Source: Chrysomallon squamiferum (Eukaryota; Animalia; Mollusca). From it: a stretch of DNA of 64,000 nt. Position numbers and translations under genes: made by a program. The notes under the pieces were generated by a model. That model saw only the letters and a list, made by a program, of their open reading frames with translations. It ran no database searches and was not told the DNA's origin. This document shows positions 48,713 through 63,210 of the stretch, one piece after another. Location of the stretch: NCBI GenBank assembly GCA_012295275.1, contig CM022669.1:19282001-19346000 (forward strand), written 5' to 3'. Every line of letters starts with the position of its first letter. Positions within the stretch are counted from its first letter, which is position 1.

Positions 48713-51700
48713 TATTATTATTATATTTGTTTTGCATACAGCCCATAAGTGCCCCTTTATAACTGTGATAAAATTAAAGTAAATATCCAACAGAAATTAC
48801 TTTAAATTTTTTTTTTTTTTTTTTTTGTCTTTTTGTGTTACAACATATTTCATACATCTTTATTTATTTATTTATTTTTTTTAAATCTGAATATAAACAA
48901 GATTTCACAGCCCAGGTATGGTGAAATTTCTTTCAAACATATTGTTGCCTAAATGACCAAAGTCCACATTTTATACAGTTTTGCTTACATGACACTGTTG
49001 TAATATGACCAAAGATAAAATAATTCTCTGAATATCTGTGATATTTCTGCAATTTCACTGTACATTGTATTTTTTTAATTCAAATTTTAGTATACATTTT
49101 TCTTTAAATCTGCTTTCAGATGTAGAAAAAAAAAAACTTTTTGTTGTGAAATACGGGGATTTGAACCCTGATCTTTACTGTGAAATGATAAATTATTTTG
49201 TGTATTATATTTTGTTTTGTTTTGTATTTCTCGTGTTGTTGTTTTTCTGCTACTAACAGCCAATAACCAGTAATATATCAAATCCTTCCTGTTAACAGTA
49301 AATACAGTTTCAGCCAATACCTCTTATATCAAGAGCCTGTGATACATTTTCAACCTATATGTGTTCCGCAAAATCTGAAGATATGTTCTCTCTTAAGATT
49401 GCACAGCACATTTGTATGACTGGTAAACTGCACAGCATTCTCGAGACCATGTTTTGCACAATTTCCCAATCTGTGCTTTGAAAAACACTGAAAACATTAA
49501 AATAATGCATTATTACAATCAGTGAAACAAGTGATCTAGAGATCCTTACTGAAATGCATTATTTTAATGTTTTCAGTGCCTAAAATGAGTTCAGGGCATC
49601 AAAAATAATCTTTATTTTACAATAGTTTGGCTACGAGAAGCATAAACATTTTCCTGTTTATTATTATTTTTTTATTTTATTTATTTTATCACTGGTGCAT
49701 TTATTTTCCATTTTTATCTTTTGACCAACTCTCATTCTACTTGATTTCTATTCCTTTTATAAGTGATCTACAGAGAACAGTATTGTTCATACAGTCACAG
49801 CTGGTCTTGACACGCAGTCAACAAGCAAAGGAAAAGCAGATTATTTTTATCTAGCAATATTCAGCTTGGAATCAGCACAGGTGGCAATTCATGTGACTTG
49901 TAACACTTCACTTTTGGGGTTTTAAAAAAGACAACACAACACTATTGTTTTCCATTTATACACTTGTATTTCATATTTTTCAAAGTATAACTATAAAAGC
50001 AAATGTGTAAAAAAAAAAAAAATCAAGTTCATTAACATGTAAACAAAGGCATTGCTGTGTCAAGGCATGATTATAAGGTGTAATATATGAAATATCAAAC
50101 AGTTGGAGATTTTTTTTTTTAAAAAAAAAGAAAGAAAGAAGCATGTTACAAAATATATGATTGATCATATGACAGCATAATAACCACAGTGTACTTAAAA
50201 TTCACTAAAGTGATCATAATAAAATAATAAATAAATAAACAAGCATGTTTAAAGAAAAAATATTTAAAATAAATTTCTTTTTTTCCTTTTTCTTTTCAGC
50301 CAGCCTTATTTTGTATTTTCTTGTTAATAAAAGACTGATTAAATATATAACTGGCAGAGTCCTCAGTTTAAAAAAAAAAAAAAAAAAAAAGTATTATTAT
50401 CAAATATATTCACCAGTCAGAACAAATTTAAATATTTTATCTACATGCTAATATACATTATAACAACTGTCCTATACATATCATGCTGTTTTAAAAATAT
50501 TTTTACAGTTCAAAAATATTTCATTTCTGTTTTTTGATTTTGAACTTGTTTTGACTATAAGATCATTTTTTTCTTTTTACAAAATATCTTGTATCTTGAA
50601 TGTTTGTGTGTTTGTGTGCATGGATGAATTTGTGAAGAATGTGTGCAACTTCAAACTAGTATCATGAATAAATATGCATTCTGATGTCTCTTAACAACTC
50701 TTGCAACTTCTCAAACCAGTTAGTTACAGCATTTAGATTACCATGTAACTGTTAATTCCTTACAATATATATATAATTTTAAAAATAAAACATCTAAATA
50801 TTATTTTTTAACACATTAAGTTGCTGTTTGTCACCATCTTTCCTCCCCTTCCTTATCTTTTTTTGTAATAATTATTTTCTTTATTTCTTTATATTTTATA
50901 TTCATTTGATAATTGCAAGAGTTGTATTAATATTTTAACAACAAAATAATAAATTATTTTCAATATTATATCCTTCTCATTTGATTACAACAGAAATTAT
51001 TACAACTAAACAATTCTTTTTATAACTTAAGTTAAAAAAAAAAAAAAAAGATTATAAATAGAAGAAAATGTTTACTAAACTACACACTTCAAATTCTGTC
51101 CTTTATCTGTATCTAAAATATTTATTTACTGTCTCCTCCATATCATTAAGAAATGATAAGAAAAACCAATTATATTTGAGATCACTCAGTTTTGGGTTGC
51201 TTTACTGACAAATAAAATTGTTCATTGAAAAAGTTTACCAAATAAGCCATTCTAATGAATAACAATTAAAAAAATAATATTAATAATAATAAAAAACTGC
51301 ACTATAATTTAAACAATACATCTAGCATGGCAGCAACATTAATCAGTAAAGCATATTTTAAAAAGCAAATTATTTAAATAATCCATTAAAATGCAACAAA
51401 AGAAACTGCCTGGATATATATTAGCACCATTTATCTGCAGAAATACATTTTAACAGAGATTCTTACAGTTCAAGAAAAGAAAAGAAAAGAAAATGACAGA
51501 AAGAAAAGCAGTTTTAAAAATGCATATATAAAAAGTATAAAAAGTATTAGAAATTATCTGAATAATTATAGAAACTATCATTCAGTTAATATGTAAATTA
51601 TTTTCAGTGGATCAAGGTAAACACTGAAAACTTCATTATTAAAATAAATAATATTGAAAAAAAAAAAAAAAGTGATGGAAAATCAGATCATTTATCAAAC

Positions 51701-53399
51701 AAAGCATCATGGATTGCTCAATACATTCAGTACTTTTTCTTCTTTTCATTTCCAGTATTTAAAATGTGCTAGTTGTAAGAAAAATATGTCTGTTACTTAG
51801 TTTAAATGTTTAATGCTGATAAAGGGAAATGTTAAGTTTGAAAGAAATATTTTTTATTAATGAAATGACTTCGTGATCAGAAAACAACAATCATAAAATT
51901 AAATTAAATAAAAAAATCCAAGAATTGCATCCAGCCTAATGGTTACAAGTGCCCTGCAATGCAGATATCTAGGAAATGCTTCAATACAGAAATAGAGATC
52001 TTTTTTCAAATTATCAAAATGCACCAAGTGGTATGCATCTATGGATCTGCTTATATTTGACCCATCTGAACTGGTCCCACCAAAAGTCCACATTATATAC
52101 TGATGATCATTTTAAAACAAATAATTATTCCGAAAATATTTTTAACATTTTAAATCATTTTCATTAGAAAAATAAACTTTATTTTGATGTGGAATGTGAT
52201 TCATGATTTTTATCTTTGGAAATGAAAATCTGATTCATCTGTGTTTCAGACTATTTCAGTTTATTGGCCCCTTTTTTGTTTTCAAGGAATGCTATGAAAC
52301 ATTAAAAAAAAATATATTAAAAAAACAAATCTGAATGTATATTTTAGATCAGTTCATTCTGGTAATTAATTACTTCTTTTTTTTAAATTTATTTTGGTCC
52401 CATATATTATCATACTTTTTATACTAAAGCTATATGTGTCAATAAAAAATGTAGTAGAATTTTAAAGAGATAAAAAAAAAAAAATCAATTACAGTTATAC
52501 ATCAAAGACTGGAAAACGGCAGTCTCCACTGTCTAGTTATTTTACCAACATACTTTATTATTATCAAAGTTTGGCTCCAATAATAAATAATAAAAATAAT
52601 TCAGTTAAATACAAAATTTTCTGAGGCATTTTGTCTAACATCAACTTAGGTGCCACTTAAATTGGCTTCTGTGCTCAATATCAATGATACTTCCTGATAT
52701 TTCTTAAATATAAAATACAGTTTTTGTTTTATTATAAAGTAAAACCATAACAAGAACCCTTTAAATAGTAAAACTAGCCAATAATATGGCAAGACAATTT
52801 GTTTAACAACAAATTACTATCAGGTAATACAAAAATATCAATTAAAATATCTTCAACTTTTTCTTTCTACAAACTATATAATTATATCTATTAGTTTTAA
52901 TGAAAGACTTTGAAACATGTACAAATATAAAAATATTAATAAAAAATACAAATTAATACAATGATCTTATTAAATTATAATGTTAATAGTAAATAAATCA
53001 TTAATAACAATAATAGAAAAACTGGTATTAAATAAAACAAGCTGTCAAAAATACCAACTTTTTATCAAAACTTGAATCATCATTCTGAATTGTTTTTAAC
53101 TCATCTCTCTCTTTCTTACGGTATCTAAATAAATTCCTTTTTGTTTTGAAAATTAATTTTAGAAAACTAAATTTTTAGCAATTTCTTAATAATTCTACAA
53201 TTGTGACACATCCTGAATAAATGTAGATCAGGAAATGTTTAAAAAAAAAAAGAAGGAAAGAATGAAAGAAAAAAACATCTCTTAAAATAAGATACTAAGT
53301 CTATAAAGCAAAGCTTAATATGAAATTACCTGTAGAACAAAAGAAAAGTTAAAATGTGTCATGTTCTTTAACTCTGAAATGAGACAACAACTTCAGCAT

Positions 53400-53720
53400 C
53401 CATGGATAAAAATACCAAGATATGCTGGATTAGAATCCCAGATGTGCAGGATTAAAATCCTAAGATATATTGGATTATGATCCAAAAATATACTGGATTA
53501 CTACACTTAGGCACACTGGAATCATCTTCAGAAATGTTTTCAAAATGTCAAAGGATCTTAAATTTTGGCAGGATCGGTTTAGAAGATATTCTTGATTCCA
53601 TAAAATCAAAATTGGCAGGATTAATATAAATATCTTTGACCCCAGAAATTCTAAAACTGGCAGGATTAAAACAGATTATCTCTGATTCAGCAAATCCTAA
53701 ACAGACAAGATTAGTGAACT
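53400..53720. repeat. Degenerate short tandem repeats downstream of the IQGAP stop (probable 3'UTR)
   Basis: Repeated GGATTA.AATCC units (~21 bp), then AAA.TGGCAGGATT units (~45 bp). Confidence 0.6.
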
Positions 53721-54053
53721 GACATTATTAACTTCTTAATAACCAAAACTGATGCAGTATGAATCACTGCCCAGAAATTATCAACATAGATTAATTGCCA
53801 GATATTAACATCCATGGATCAGTGACCAGATTTTTTGATATATTCATCATGTTGTCAACTGTATTTGAATCAAGGGTGGATTAACAAGCAGAAATATTCA
53901 CATTTGATTCAAATCTATAGATAATCCATAATTGTTTAATACCCACCAGTGATTAAAGGTCTTTTGTTGTTTTTTTAAATTAAAATATTCTCTGTTGTTT
54001 GTATGTCTGTAGATTTAGCTGTGTAATTATTCAAGTAAAGATTATGCTGTTGT

Positions 54054-55013
54054 CTATTTGCCTCGGTTCCGACTGTAGAATTTTCGGTTGAGAAGAAAGA
54101 TGAGAAGGTTGACGTTGATCTTTGCTTTGTTGAACATCTTCATAACAGCAACACCTTCATACTGCAACTGAAGAAGATCCTGAAATAAAATAAAATAAAA
54201 TAAAAAAATAAATAAATAAATAAATAAATAAATAAACATTATTAATAAAAGCAAAAAAAACAGCATTTACTAACAATAACAACAGAAAATTTTAAAAATA
54301 AAATTACTAGTAAGAAAAGAAATTAAAAACATAATCAGAAAAGTAATTAGGCATTTTTTGGCTGAAACAACATTTATTGGGACATATCTGGAATGGAATT
54401 TAATGAGCTATTTAAAGGACACAACACAACAAAATCTATAACATAATTTAAACACTTTAGCACTGACTAACATTATGGTAATGGAATAATATCTTACAGA
54501 ATTTAAAATAAAAAAGTAAAAAAAATTTGTTAATGAATTTTTGCTTTCATAACTGCCTGTGAACTATCTGAATAAGAAGAAATTTATTATAATAGGTGTA
54601 TAAAATGATTAATTAATTAAATAATTAATTAAATGTTTACCTGGAAAACGAGCTCCACCTTGTCCATGTTGACACCCATGAATTTAGCACTAACATCAAA
54701 CACACCTGGATTCTCTGTCAACGCAATCTCAAACAAGACATTTTTAAACCTGAAACAAAACATTTCAAATTATCTCAAACAGATATTACAACTTTCTTTC
54801 TGTTTTTTTTTAAACTGCACCTGTACGTTCAAATTCTGTGTATGTGTTACTGTCAATTACTAACTGTGACATTTCTGTATATTTACTGGTTCTCTGTATA
54901 CCAACTTATTATAGTGCACTTATTGATGTGATATATTTACTAATTGGGACACATCTATACACTTACTGGTAAGATATTCTTATAAACTCACAAGACTGTT
55001 AATAAGATGTTAT

Positions 55014-55080
<67 letters not shown>

Positions 55081-56605
55081 AAATCTGACACTTCCGTTTA
55101 CTTACTGGTTTTGTGGCAAGCCTTCTATCTCCAGGACAATGCCTTTCTCATGAAGGCGAGCAGCACTGTATGAAATGACAGAGGTTTTAGGTGTCGCCTC
55201 CTGTTTTCTGAACAAACCATGTTTCTTGGGCTTCCTAGAAAACAAGATTTTGAAATATTTAGTGTGTATAGAATGGAATTCAGGATACCGTGAGAGTAAG
55301 CATGCTGAATGAAAGTGAGATTAAAAAGTGTATGGTGGAATTTAAACCATTCTGTGTAGGGTTATTTGAAAAAGTTAAAATTAACTGTTGATAACATTAA
55401 AATAATAAAGAAAGAAAATCATAGAAATAAATAAATTTGTTTAGTGTTAATGGTGAAGGAGAAAAACTAACACAACGTAACAGTTATCTACAATGTAATA
55501 CTAATTATCAGACTAAATAAACCAAATAAGAAACAAAACAACAACAACAAAGTTATACAATGAAGCTATGAGGTAACACTGCTGATATTGTAACAATGTA
55601 TGAACAATGTGCAACAAAATCAATCGTTAAATTAATAAGTTAAAACAAAAGCGATGAAAGTGTACAAAAGTATCAGTTGTACACACAAAAGCCAACTCTT
55701 AACAAAATCAAGTGTCTGTACACAGACAAAAAGTGCTGTTAAATTTTGAATCAACAAAATAACTTCAAACTACCTGACTTGTGGTATCCAATATTTGTTA
55801 GAAACTCATGTTAGAAATCACAACATGCAAATTAGAATATCCATTCAGCCACTGTGCAACTTCAATAATTAGTAGTAAACAAATGTGGAACCTGTTTATT
55901 AACAGTAAAATAAACTGGAAATTTTAAGTAAAATATGATTTTTTAAATTTATTTATTTATTTATTTCTCCCTTTTTTTTTTTTTTTTGTGGTTGTAATGT
56001 TTTTGTTCAGTATTTTATAAAATTAAATAAACATGAAATAATAAATAAAATAAAATAAAATAAAACAAAACCAAATAACATGGGCTGTATTAATGTTTCT
56101 TCTGTCTCGCTGGTCTCTCAAAATATATAAAAATCTTCTTCATTTGTGCTTGTGTTATTAATAATAAAACACTTTTTTTTTTTTAATGATATTATCACAA
56201 AACTTCTTTCCCTGCATAATACAATGCTCTTATCATCAAAAAACATTAAAGGTGATATATCTGATGTTCATAATTTTGCATACCTTTGTCAATTGTTATA
56301 TATATATATTCATATTACACACACCACTGAATTATCAACATTTTCATGTCGTCATTGTTAAACTGGAAGCACAACACAACAACTTGTCAGAAAGCAACAC
56401 ATTTTTTAATGACAAACAGCAAAACACTGACAGCCTCAGAAAAACATGAGTTATTGTACAAAGGTCAGGTGGTACCTTTTTGGTTGTTTCTTCATTTCTA
56501 ATTAAAGAAATGTATTATTATTAACTAAATAATGAAAAATAAACAAAAGAGGAAAGCAAACAAGTGAACTGAAAGGGAAAATGTCAAAAAAAGAAAGAAA
56601 AATAC

Positions 56606-56640
<35 letters not shown>

Positions 56641-56647
56641 GAGAGTG

Positions 56648-56703
<56 letters not shown>

Positions 56704-59636
56704 TAAGAAAATCACATAAAAGAAACAAATACAGAGGTAAAGAGCCAGGCAGACAAATAAATGAAAGAACCTGGAATGGTATTTTCACATTTAACAACAC
56801 ACCACAAACTTTATCTACGACACTTTCCAAATTTCACAAAACTGGATTTGCATATCATCCAGATCCACAAGTAGCACTGGTAGAGAAACAGCAGAAACAC
56901 GGGGACATTGTAAACATTACTAATGTATTTAGTTTGTACAAACTTTGACTTGTGCTGCAGGTTTTCTATGCATGTTTTCACGTAGAGGTTGTAGTAGTCG
57001 ATCTGCGACTCATAAAACGTCCTCTTCTCCTCCAGACTCTTGTACGTTGACCTCAGTCTGACCAACTCTTGTTTTCTGTTGTTTCGGTACCGTCTTTGGT
57101 TCCGAATATCCTGAAATGAAACCAGGTGTTCTGATATAAAGCTGCATATATTGAAATAATAATAATTCAAAAAATTATAAATAAAGTAAAAGTTGATGTT
57201 TGTTCACAGATTCACATATATATATATATATATTTGGATAGACAGACTGACAGACATAGAGACAGACAGATAGATAGATTGTGCATGTGTGTGTATGTGT
57301 CAGTCAAAATTCTGTTAAAAATTCATGGACTGGTAGAATAAAAGTATACATGCTATATGAAAATGAAAACAGGTTTTCACATAAAACTGGCTGCAGTGAA
57401 ATATTTATGTTCATTCATAGACTGATTTATAACTATAAACATCACCTGAATTGAAGGGGCCTGGACATAGCCATAATAAAATACATTAAAAATGTTGGTT
57501 ATACAGATCTGTATAAAGAGGGAAAATCACTTTTTATAAATAAAGATAAATATATTTTATTGCCAATTTACCTGTAACAAATGAACTCACCTGCACTATT
57601 GAATTGACAATTTCCTGGTACTTGGTTTTCTTTGATACTAAACCAGCAAGTTCCAGAGTCTGGAGATTCTTTTTAATTTTAGTCTTCATGTTTTCAAGTG
57701 GAAGCCTGCAACAGCAAACAGTTATATTCATTTAACTACATCTATCTGCATAAATATTGAAAACATAATTTTTTATAAATTATTGAGTATATATATAAAA
57801 ATATATAAAGCACAATTTTAGGACAAACTTCTTTTTGTACACAAAATATTACAAATAGTTCAGTGGTAATGATTTATACACAGTAGTAGTACATCACAGT
57901 AAAATGCACTGTTTTATACAAGGTAGTACATCATATTAAAACCATAGTTTTAGACAAAGTAATACATCATGTTAAACCAAAGTTTTATACAAAGCAATAC
58001 AGGTTTATAGCACAATGTAGCATTAGGTTATAACATAAAATGCACTATTTTATACAAAGTAATACAGGTTTATGTAACACTAAGCTATAATGTAAAATGC
58101 ACTGTTTCATACAAAGTAATACAGGTTTGTAGCACTAAGATGTAATATAAAATGTACCTGGTGTCTCCTAGAATAGATTCATGTCTCACAAGGTTGCTGC
58201 CTTTTGTCTGGGTTGCCTTCCTGTTAATCATATCTCGTTTTTTCACAATCGCTTGATGCAGCTCTTCCTATCAGTGATACACAATTTATATATTTTAATT
58301 ACTATAATTAACTATGTTATAAGAATATTTAGAAACTGTAACCAAAATTCTTAGTCTAATTTGTTATAGTGGAATCAGGGCAAATTTTCTTTTCAATACC
58401 TGAAATTGGAATTTCTTCAGAACAAGAATAAAGTATGTATGAAAATGTTAATAACTAACTAAATAAAATAAATAAAATTTAGCAGAGATTTAAATAATAA
58501 TGACAAAATACTTTAAGAAAAAACATCTAAAATACTACTAATAATACATTTTTTGAAATACTATATAACAATTAAAATAATAATAACAAGATTTATTAAA
58601 ATACTAAATAACAATGAAAAAATAATAACAAGTTTTATTAAAATACTAAATAACAAAAGTGTCACAACTAAGGGTGTAATTAACGAACCTGGTTGTCATT
58701 TGAAGGTGAATCTAAAACTTCAATCAGATCATCTCCAGACTGACAAGCTATCACATCCACAATCATCCGCTTTGTTCTGTACAGATATTTAATAATAATA
58801 ATAATAATAATAATAAAAATTTAAAATTAGTTAAAAAAAAGTAATTAACAGATTTCAATAAATAGCATTTTTAAAGGTGTATTCACAAATTTTACTAATA
58901 TTAGTAATAATTTTGAAAAAAAAAAAAAAAATTAAATAACAAATGTTTGTATTTAAAAAGAAAAGAGAAAGAAACTTTAAAAACTCAGTTACTACAACTG
59001 CAGCAACAACTACATACCTGATCATCAATGTCTTCATATCTGCATGGTCATCCTGCTGGACATCAAACTTGCTGTTCAGTGTTATGGAGATCTCAGTTTT
59101 GGCTAACTGTATTCTAAGACTTTCATTTGTCTCTTCATCTTTTGTCAACTCAGTACCTGTAATATTACCATTATATCTTATATACATGTGATATTATCAT
59201 TGTATCTCATATATATGTGATATTATCATTACATATTTTATAAGTGCAATATTATCATTGTATCTTATGTAAGTGTAATATTATTAGTATATATTATATA
59301 TATTATATATATTATTATATATATCTATATATATGTATTATCATTATATCTTATAGACCTGTAGTTATCATTATAACTTATATATATCTGTAAAATTATC
59401 ATTATATTGTATATACCTCTAACATTAATTATATCTTATATGCCTGTGAAGTTATTACTATATGTTATATACATGTAACATTATCATTAAATCTTATATA
59501 TTCATTTATATTTACTTTGTTATCTATCATATATAGATATATATTTACTATATAGAAACTTGGGAAAGGAAATAAATGTTTGACTTATCACATTTTTATT
59601 AGTAGTATTACTATTACTTTTATTATTATTTAATTA

Positions 59637-59693
<57 letters not shown>

Positions 59694-62600
59694 AATTATT
59701 ATTAACAGCAATTATTGCATTTGTGACTCAGAGAATGATAATAAACATGAAAATGAAAATAACAATATTTTCTAGCAAAAAACCCAACAACTTACCAAGA
59801 AGATCATCGATAGTTGGCACTTCACCGAGATCTTCCAGTAACTCGTGTAGGGGATCATTGTGATCAGGAGCGATCACATCTTGATGCTGTAGTAGCAGCT
59901 GAAACATACAGACAAGTAGTTGTGGTCACAGCTGTAGCATTTACAAAATATCATGAATAATTTTAAAAACTAAACGATGTGTATGTAAACCTTTAAATAC
60001 AAAGAAGAAAATTTATTAGTGATAAGACTACAGAAAAATGTCTGAGCCCATATATTACTGTTATTATTATTAATCTTAATGTCCAAGTCCAGGTATTTTG
60101 TAGCTTTTTTTTTTTTTTTTTTAATCATTATTGTTATACTTTATTATTAGCTAAGAATGGTTGACAATAATTTGGAAGAATTTATTTAGAATAATTCTTC
60201 ATATCACAAATGATACTCTTTAAAATAATGGATAAATTTATAAATTCAACAAGATTATTATAACAATACCTCCTGCATGCAACAGAGAGCAGTACATTTT
60301 TGGAAAAAATCTCCAGAATATTCAATATTTTTAAATTTATTTAATTTTTTTTTTTAACTACCTGGTGTGTGTTGACGACCTCCTGTACAGAGATGTAGAT
60401 GACTGGTTTTGTGATCATAGTCACGTCAGAGTACTGGTCTATGTTAAACTTCACCTCAGGGTCCTCCACATCGCATGCCTGCAGACAGTACTTCCTGCAA
60501 ACATCATCAACAACAACGACATTTTTAACTCTAACTGTAATTTATCTCTGTTAGTGAATGAAACATTTATTAACAGAATCCATTTTCCAAACTTTGATAC
60601 AGTTTGTAAAGAATTTTTATATGCAAAATATAGGAAAATATTTAAAAAAAAAAAATAAAATAAAATAAAATATAAAAAAAATATCAAAAAAAAAATTAAA
60701 AAAGTTTTAATTAAAAAAAAGTTAAAATATTAAAACAAAATAAATAAATAAAATTTAAAAAAGATGGTATCAACAATTAAATATTCATAAAAATAAAAAC
60801 AACTGATAAATAAATAAACAAATAAATAAGCAAAAAAACAAATAAACAAACAAAAAAATCATCAAAGAACTCACTTGAATTTTTCATGGGCCACTCTGAT
60901 GTAGTCGTTCATGCTAGACAGATAGGAACTTTCCCCACCAAAACCTTTGTTTGAAGCTGCAAACTGTAAAATCTTTGCTATTGAACCCAGGTTTCGTCTC
61001 TGGTCGTTTGTTAAGGCATTTTCAGCTCCCACACTGATAATATCAAAGGCATCAGGAGCAACGATGGCTGAATTGATGTATCGGTAGTACAACAGATTGC
61101 CTACAATCTGAAAAAAAAAAAAATAAAAAATAAAAAATTAATAATAAATTGAACATATTAAATTATTTTTAAAAAAATGTTAAATACTGCTAACAATACA
61201 AAAGAATAGTTTTCTTTACATATATATTATTATTTTTATTTATTTATTTACTTATTTATATGTTGTTTTTTGTTGTTCTTTTTTGAATAGAACATTTTGG
61301 TACTGAATTGTAACTGAATGAGGTATAGAAATATAACAACATATAAAATGCATGATTCACTTATGATAATTATGGATTAACCTTAAGAGTAATTTTTAGA
61401 ATGAAATATAGCAGCAATACAATAAAATATGATTAATTAAGATAACATGCTTTAAGAGATGTTTGACATAAAATTAATGTTAATGTGTAAATAAAAAATA
61501 AATGTATGAAAATGATGTATATTATTATTATTATTATTTAACAAACCTTCAGAATATCTTTCTCAGGTGAGTCTGGAAACTGTTTCGTCAAAGACTGTTT
61601 CATAACTTTAGCCATGTACCTCATTCCATACCTAGAAAATAAAATATATTATATTCACAGACTACTATAACATTTCCTTTTTACCAGTAAAAGCTTGTAA
61701 TGTATACTTGTATAAACAAATCATTTAAATACACTTCACTGTCAGACTTTATTGTTAGCAAACATTGGTTTTAGAACAAAAGAATAAATTGGAATTACAC
61801 TCAGTTTATTTAGGTTATTTGTTCCCAGAATAGGTACAAATTAACAATGGAAAAAAAAAAAAAAAGAAAAGAAATGATGACTTGCAAAACCAGTATACAA
61901 AACTGTATGTCTACTTTTTGACTAGATTAATTTTAATGTATATATATTGAAAATTATTCACAGTTTTAAATTTTAAACACACACACAAACAGAAATATAT
62001 ACTAAAGTAATATGTACGGTATTTTGTCGAGTGAACTGAGAATGGCAGTGAGGAAAAGATCTGTGATGTCCTGAAGTCTTTTCATAGACTCTGAGATTTG
62101 TGCTACAACCTCTTCATGTTTGAGAGCTTGTTCTGTTGACACATCATAGGGCAATCCACTGTAAGCACAAAATTTATGTGTAAGATTATATAACAAAAAA
62201 AAAAATAATAATAATAATAATAATAAAAAAAAAGAGAGAAAAAAGTATGAAAAGAAAAGAAAATTAAAAATAAGATAAAGAAGAATTAATTTTTAAAAAA
62301 GCAGAAGCTGTATCATCAAAGGAAACAGTAATAACAAATTTACATGAAAGTTAAAACAAAAATATCACTGATATTATTATTTCCTAACTGTCCTCATAAA
62401 TACAAGACATAACCTGACAATTTTCATCATAATTATATGACATCATGGTTTCCATTACAAATATATGACATCACAATTTCCATTATGAAAATATGACATT
62501 GCAATTTCCAATACAAACATGACATCATGGTTTCCATGACAACTTTGACAAACATACCTTGTTTTTCCTGACTGTGACTCCATCTGGTTGACCCACATTT

Positions 62601-62933
62601 TGTACACCTCTACTGGGTTTGTGTTGATTCGCAGGTTCCTGTCTTCAATCACTTTCAGAATGAGAGGATTTAACATTTCACGTAAAGCATTCTGACCTCG
62701 CTGGTTCCTGAAACAGAGAAAAGATAAACATACATACACAGCCAGTTCTGTATTTTAAATTTAACATTTATCCCAGTACCAGACTTTTACATCTATTAAC
62801 TCTGTTTAGTTTTTTTATTTTCTTTCCATTTATGATTTCTTAAAGTGTTTAAAACTTGTTCACTGAAATTTTATATATTTTATTTTATTTATATTATTTT
62901 GATGTAATATTTGAATATTTATGATAAATATAT

Positions 62934-62970
<37 letters not shown>

Positions 62971-63210
62971 AAGACAGAGAGAGAGAGAGATCATTATGAA
63001 GGAAAATTATGTCATCTGAAAAAACAATAACTAACTGAAACAATTAAATAAAAAATATATTAACACATTATATATCAATGAATATTCATAAAGATAATTA
63101 AAACAGTATTAAATGAAATTTTGTTAACACTTTACCTGTTAAAGCCAACAATCATCTTCACTACAAGAGGGTTTCCTGTCACAATGTCTGTCATCTTGTC
63201 AACCTTGGAA
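54054..63210 (-). CDS. IQGAP1: Ras GTPase-activating-like protein IQGAP, 3' part (GRD and RasGAP_C / C-terminal domains); the 5' end lies beyond the window
   Basis: 15 phase-consistent exons: 63210-63136, 62707-62558, 62158-62018, 61631-61547, 61107-60875, 60494-60362, 59898-59796, 59156-59018, 58776-58689, 58267-58158, 57705-57591, 57110-56944, 55234-55106, 54749-54641, 54179-54054. Diagnostic sequences: RGQNALREML, INTNPVEVYK.WVNQMESQSG, VGNLLYYRYINSAIVAPDAFDII, QRRNLGSIAKILQFAASNK, DIRNQRRYR, QDLLQLQYEGVAVMKMF..AKINVNLLIFLLN.KFY. It is co-orthologous to vertebrate IQGAP1/2/3. Confidence 0.97.
57880..58157. repeat. Tandem repeat in an IQGAP intron next to a donor site
   Basis: Repeated AAAATGCACTGTTTTATACAAAGTAATACAGGTTT. 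Confidence 0.8.
59155..59500. repeat. ~28-bp tandem repeat built on an IQGAP splice acceptor
   Basis: Repeated ACCTGTAATATTATCATTATATCTTATAT variants, starting at the true acceptor (59157). Confidence 0.8.
62430..62545. repeat. ~27-bp tandem repeat in an IQGAP intron
   Basis: Four copies of ATATGACATCATGGTTTCCATTACAA variants. Confidence 0.8.

Noticed and set aside
61075-61095. YYR in place of the RasGAP FLR motif
   Set aside because: This is the normal, known IQGAP feature (GAP-inactive GRD), not novel.
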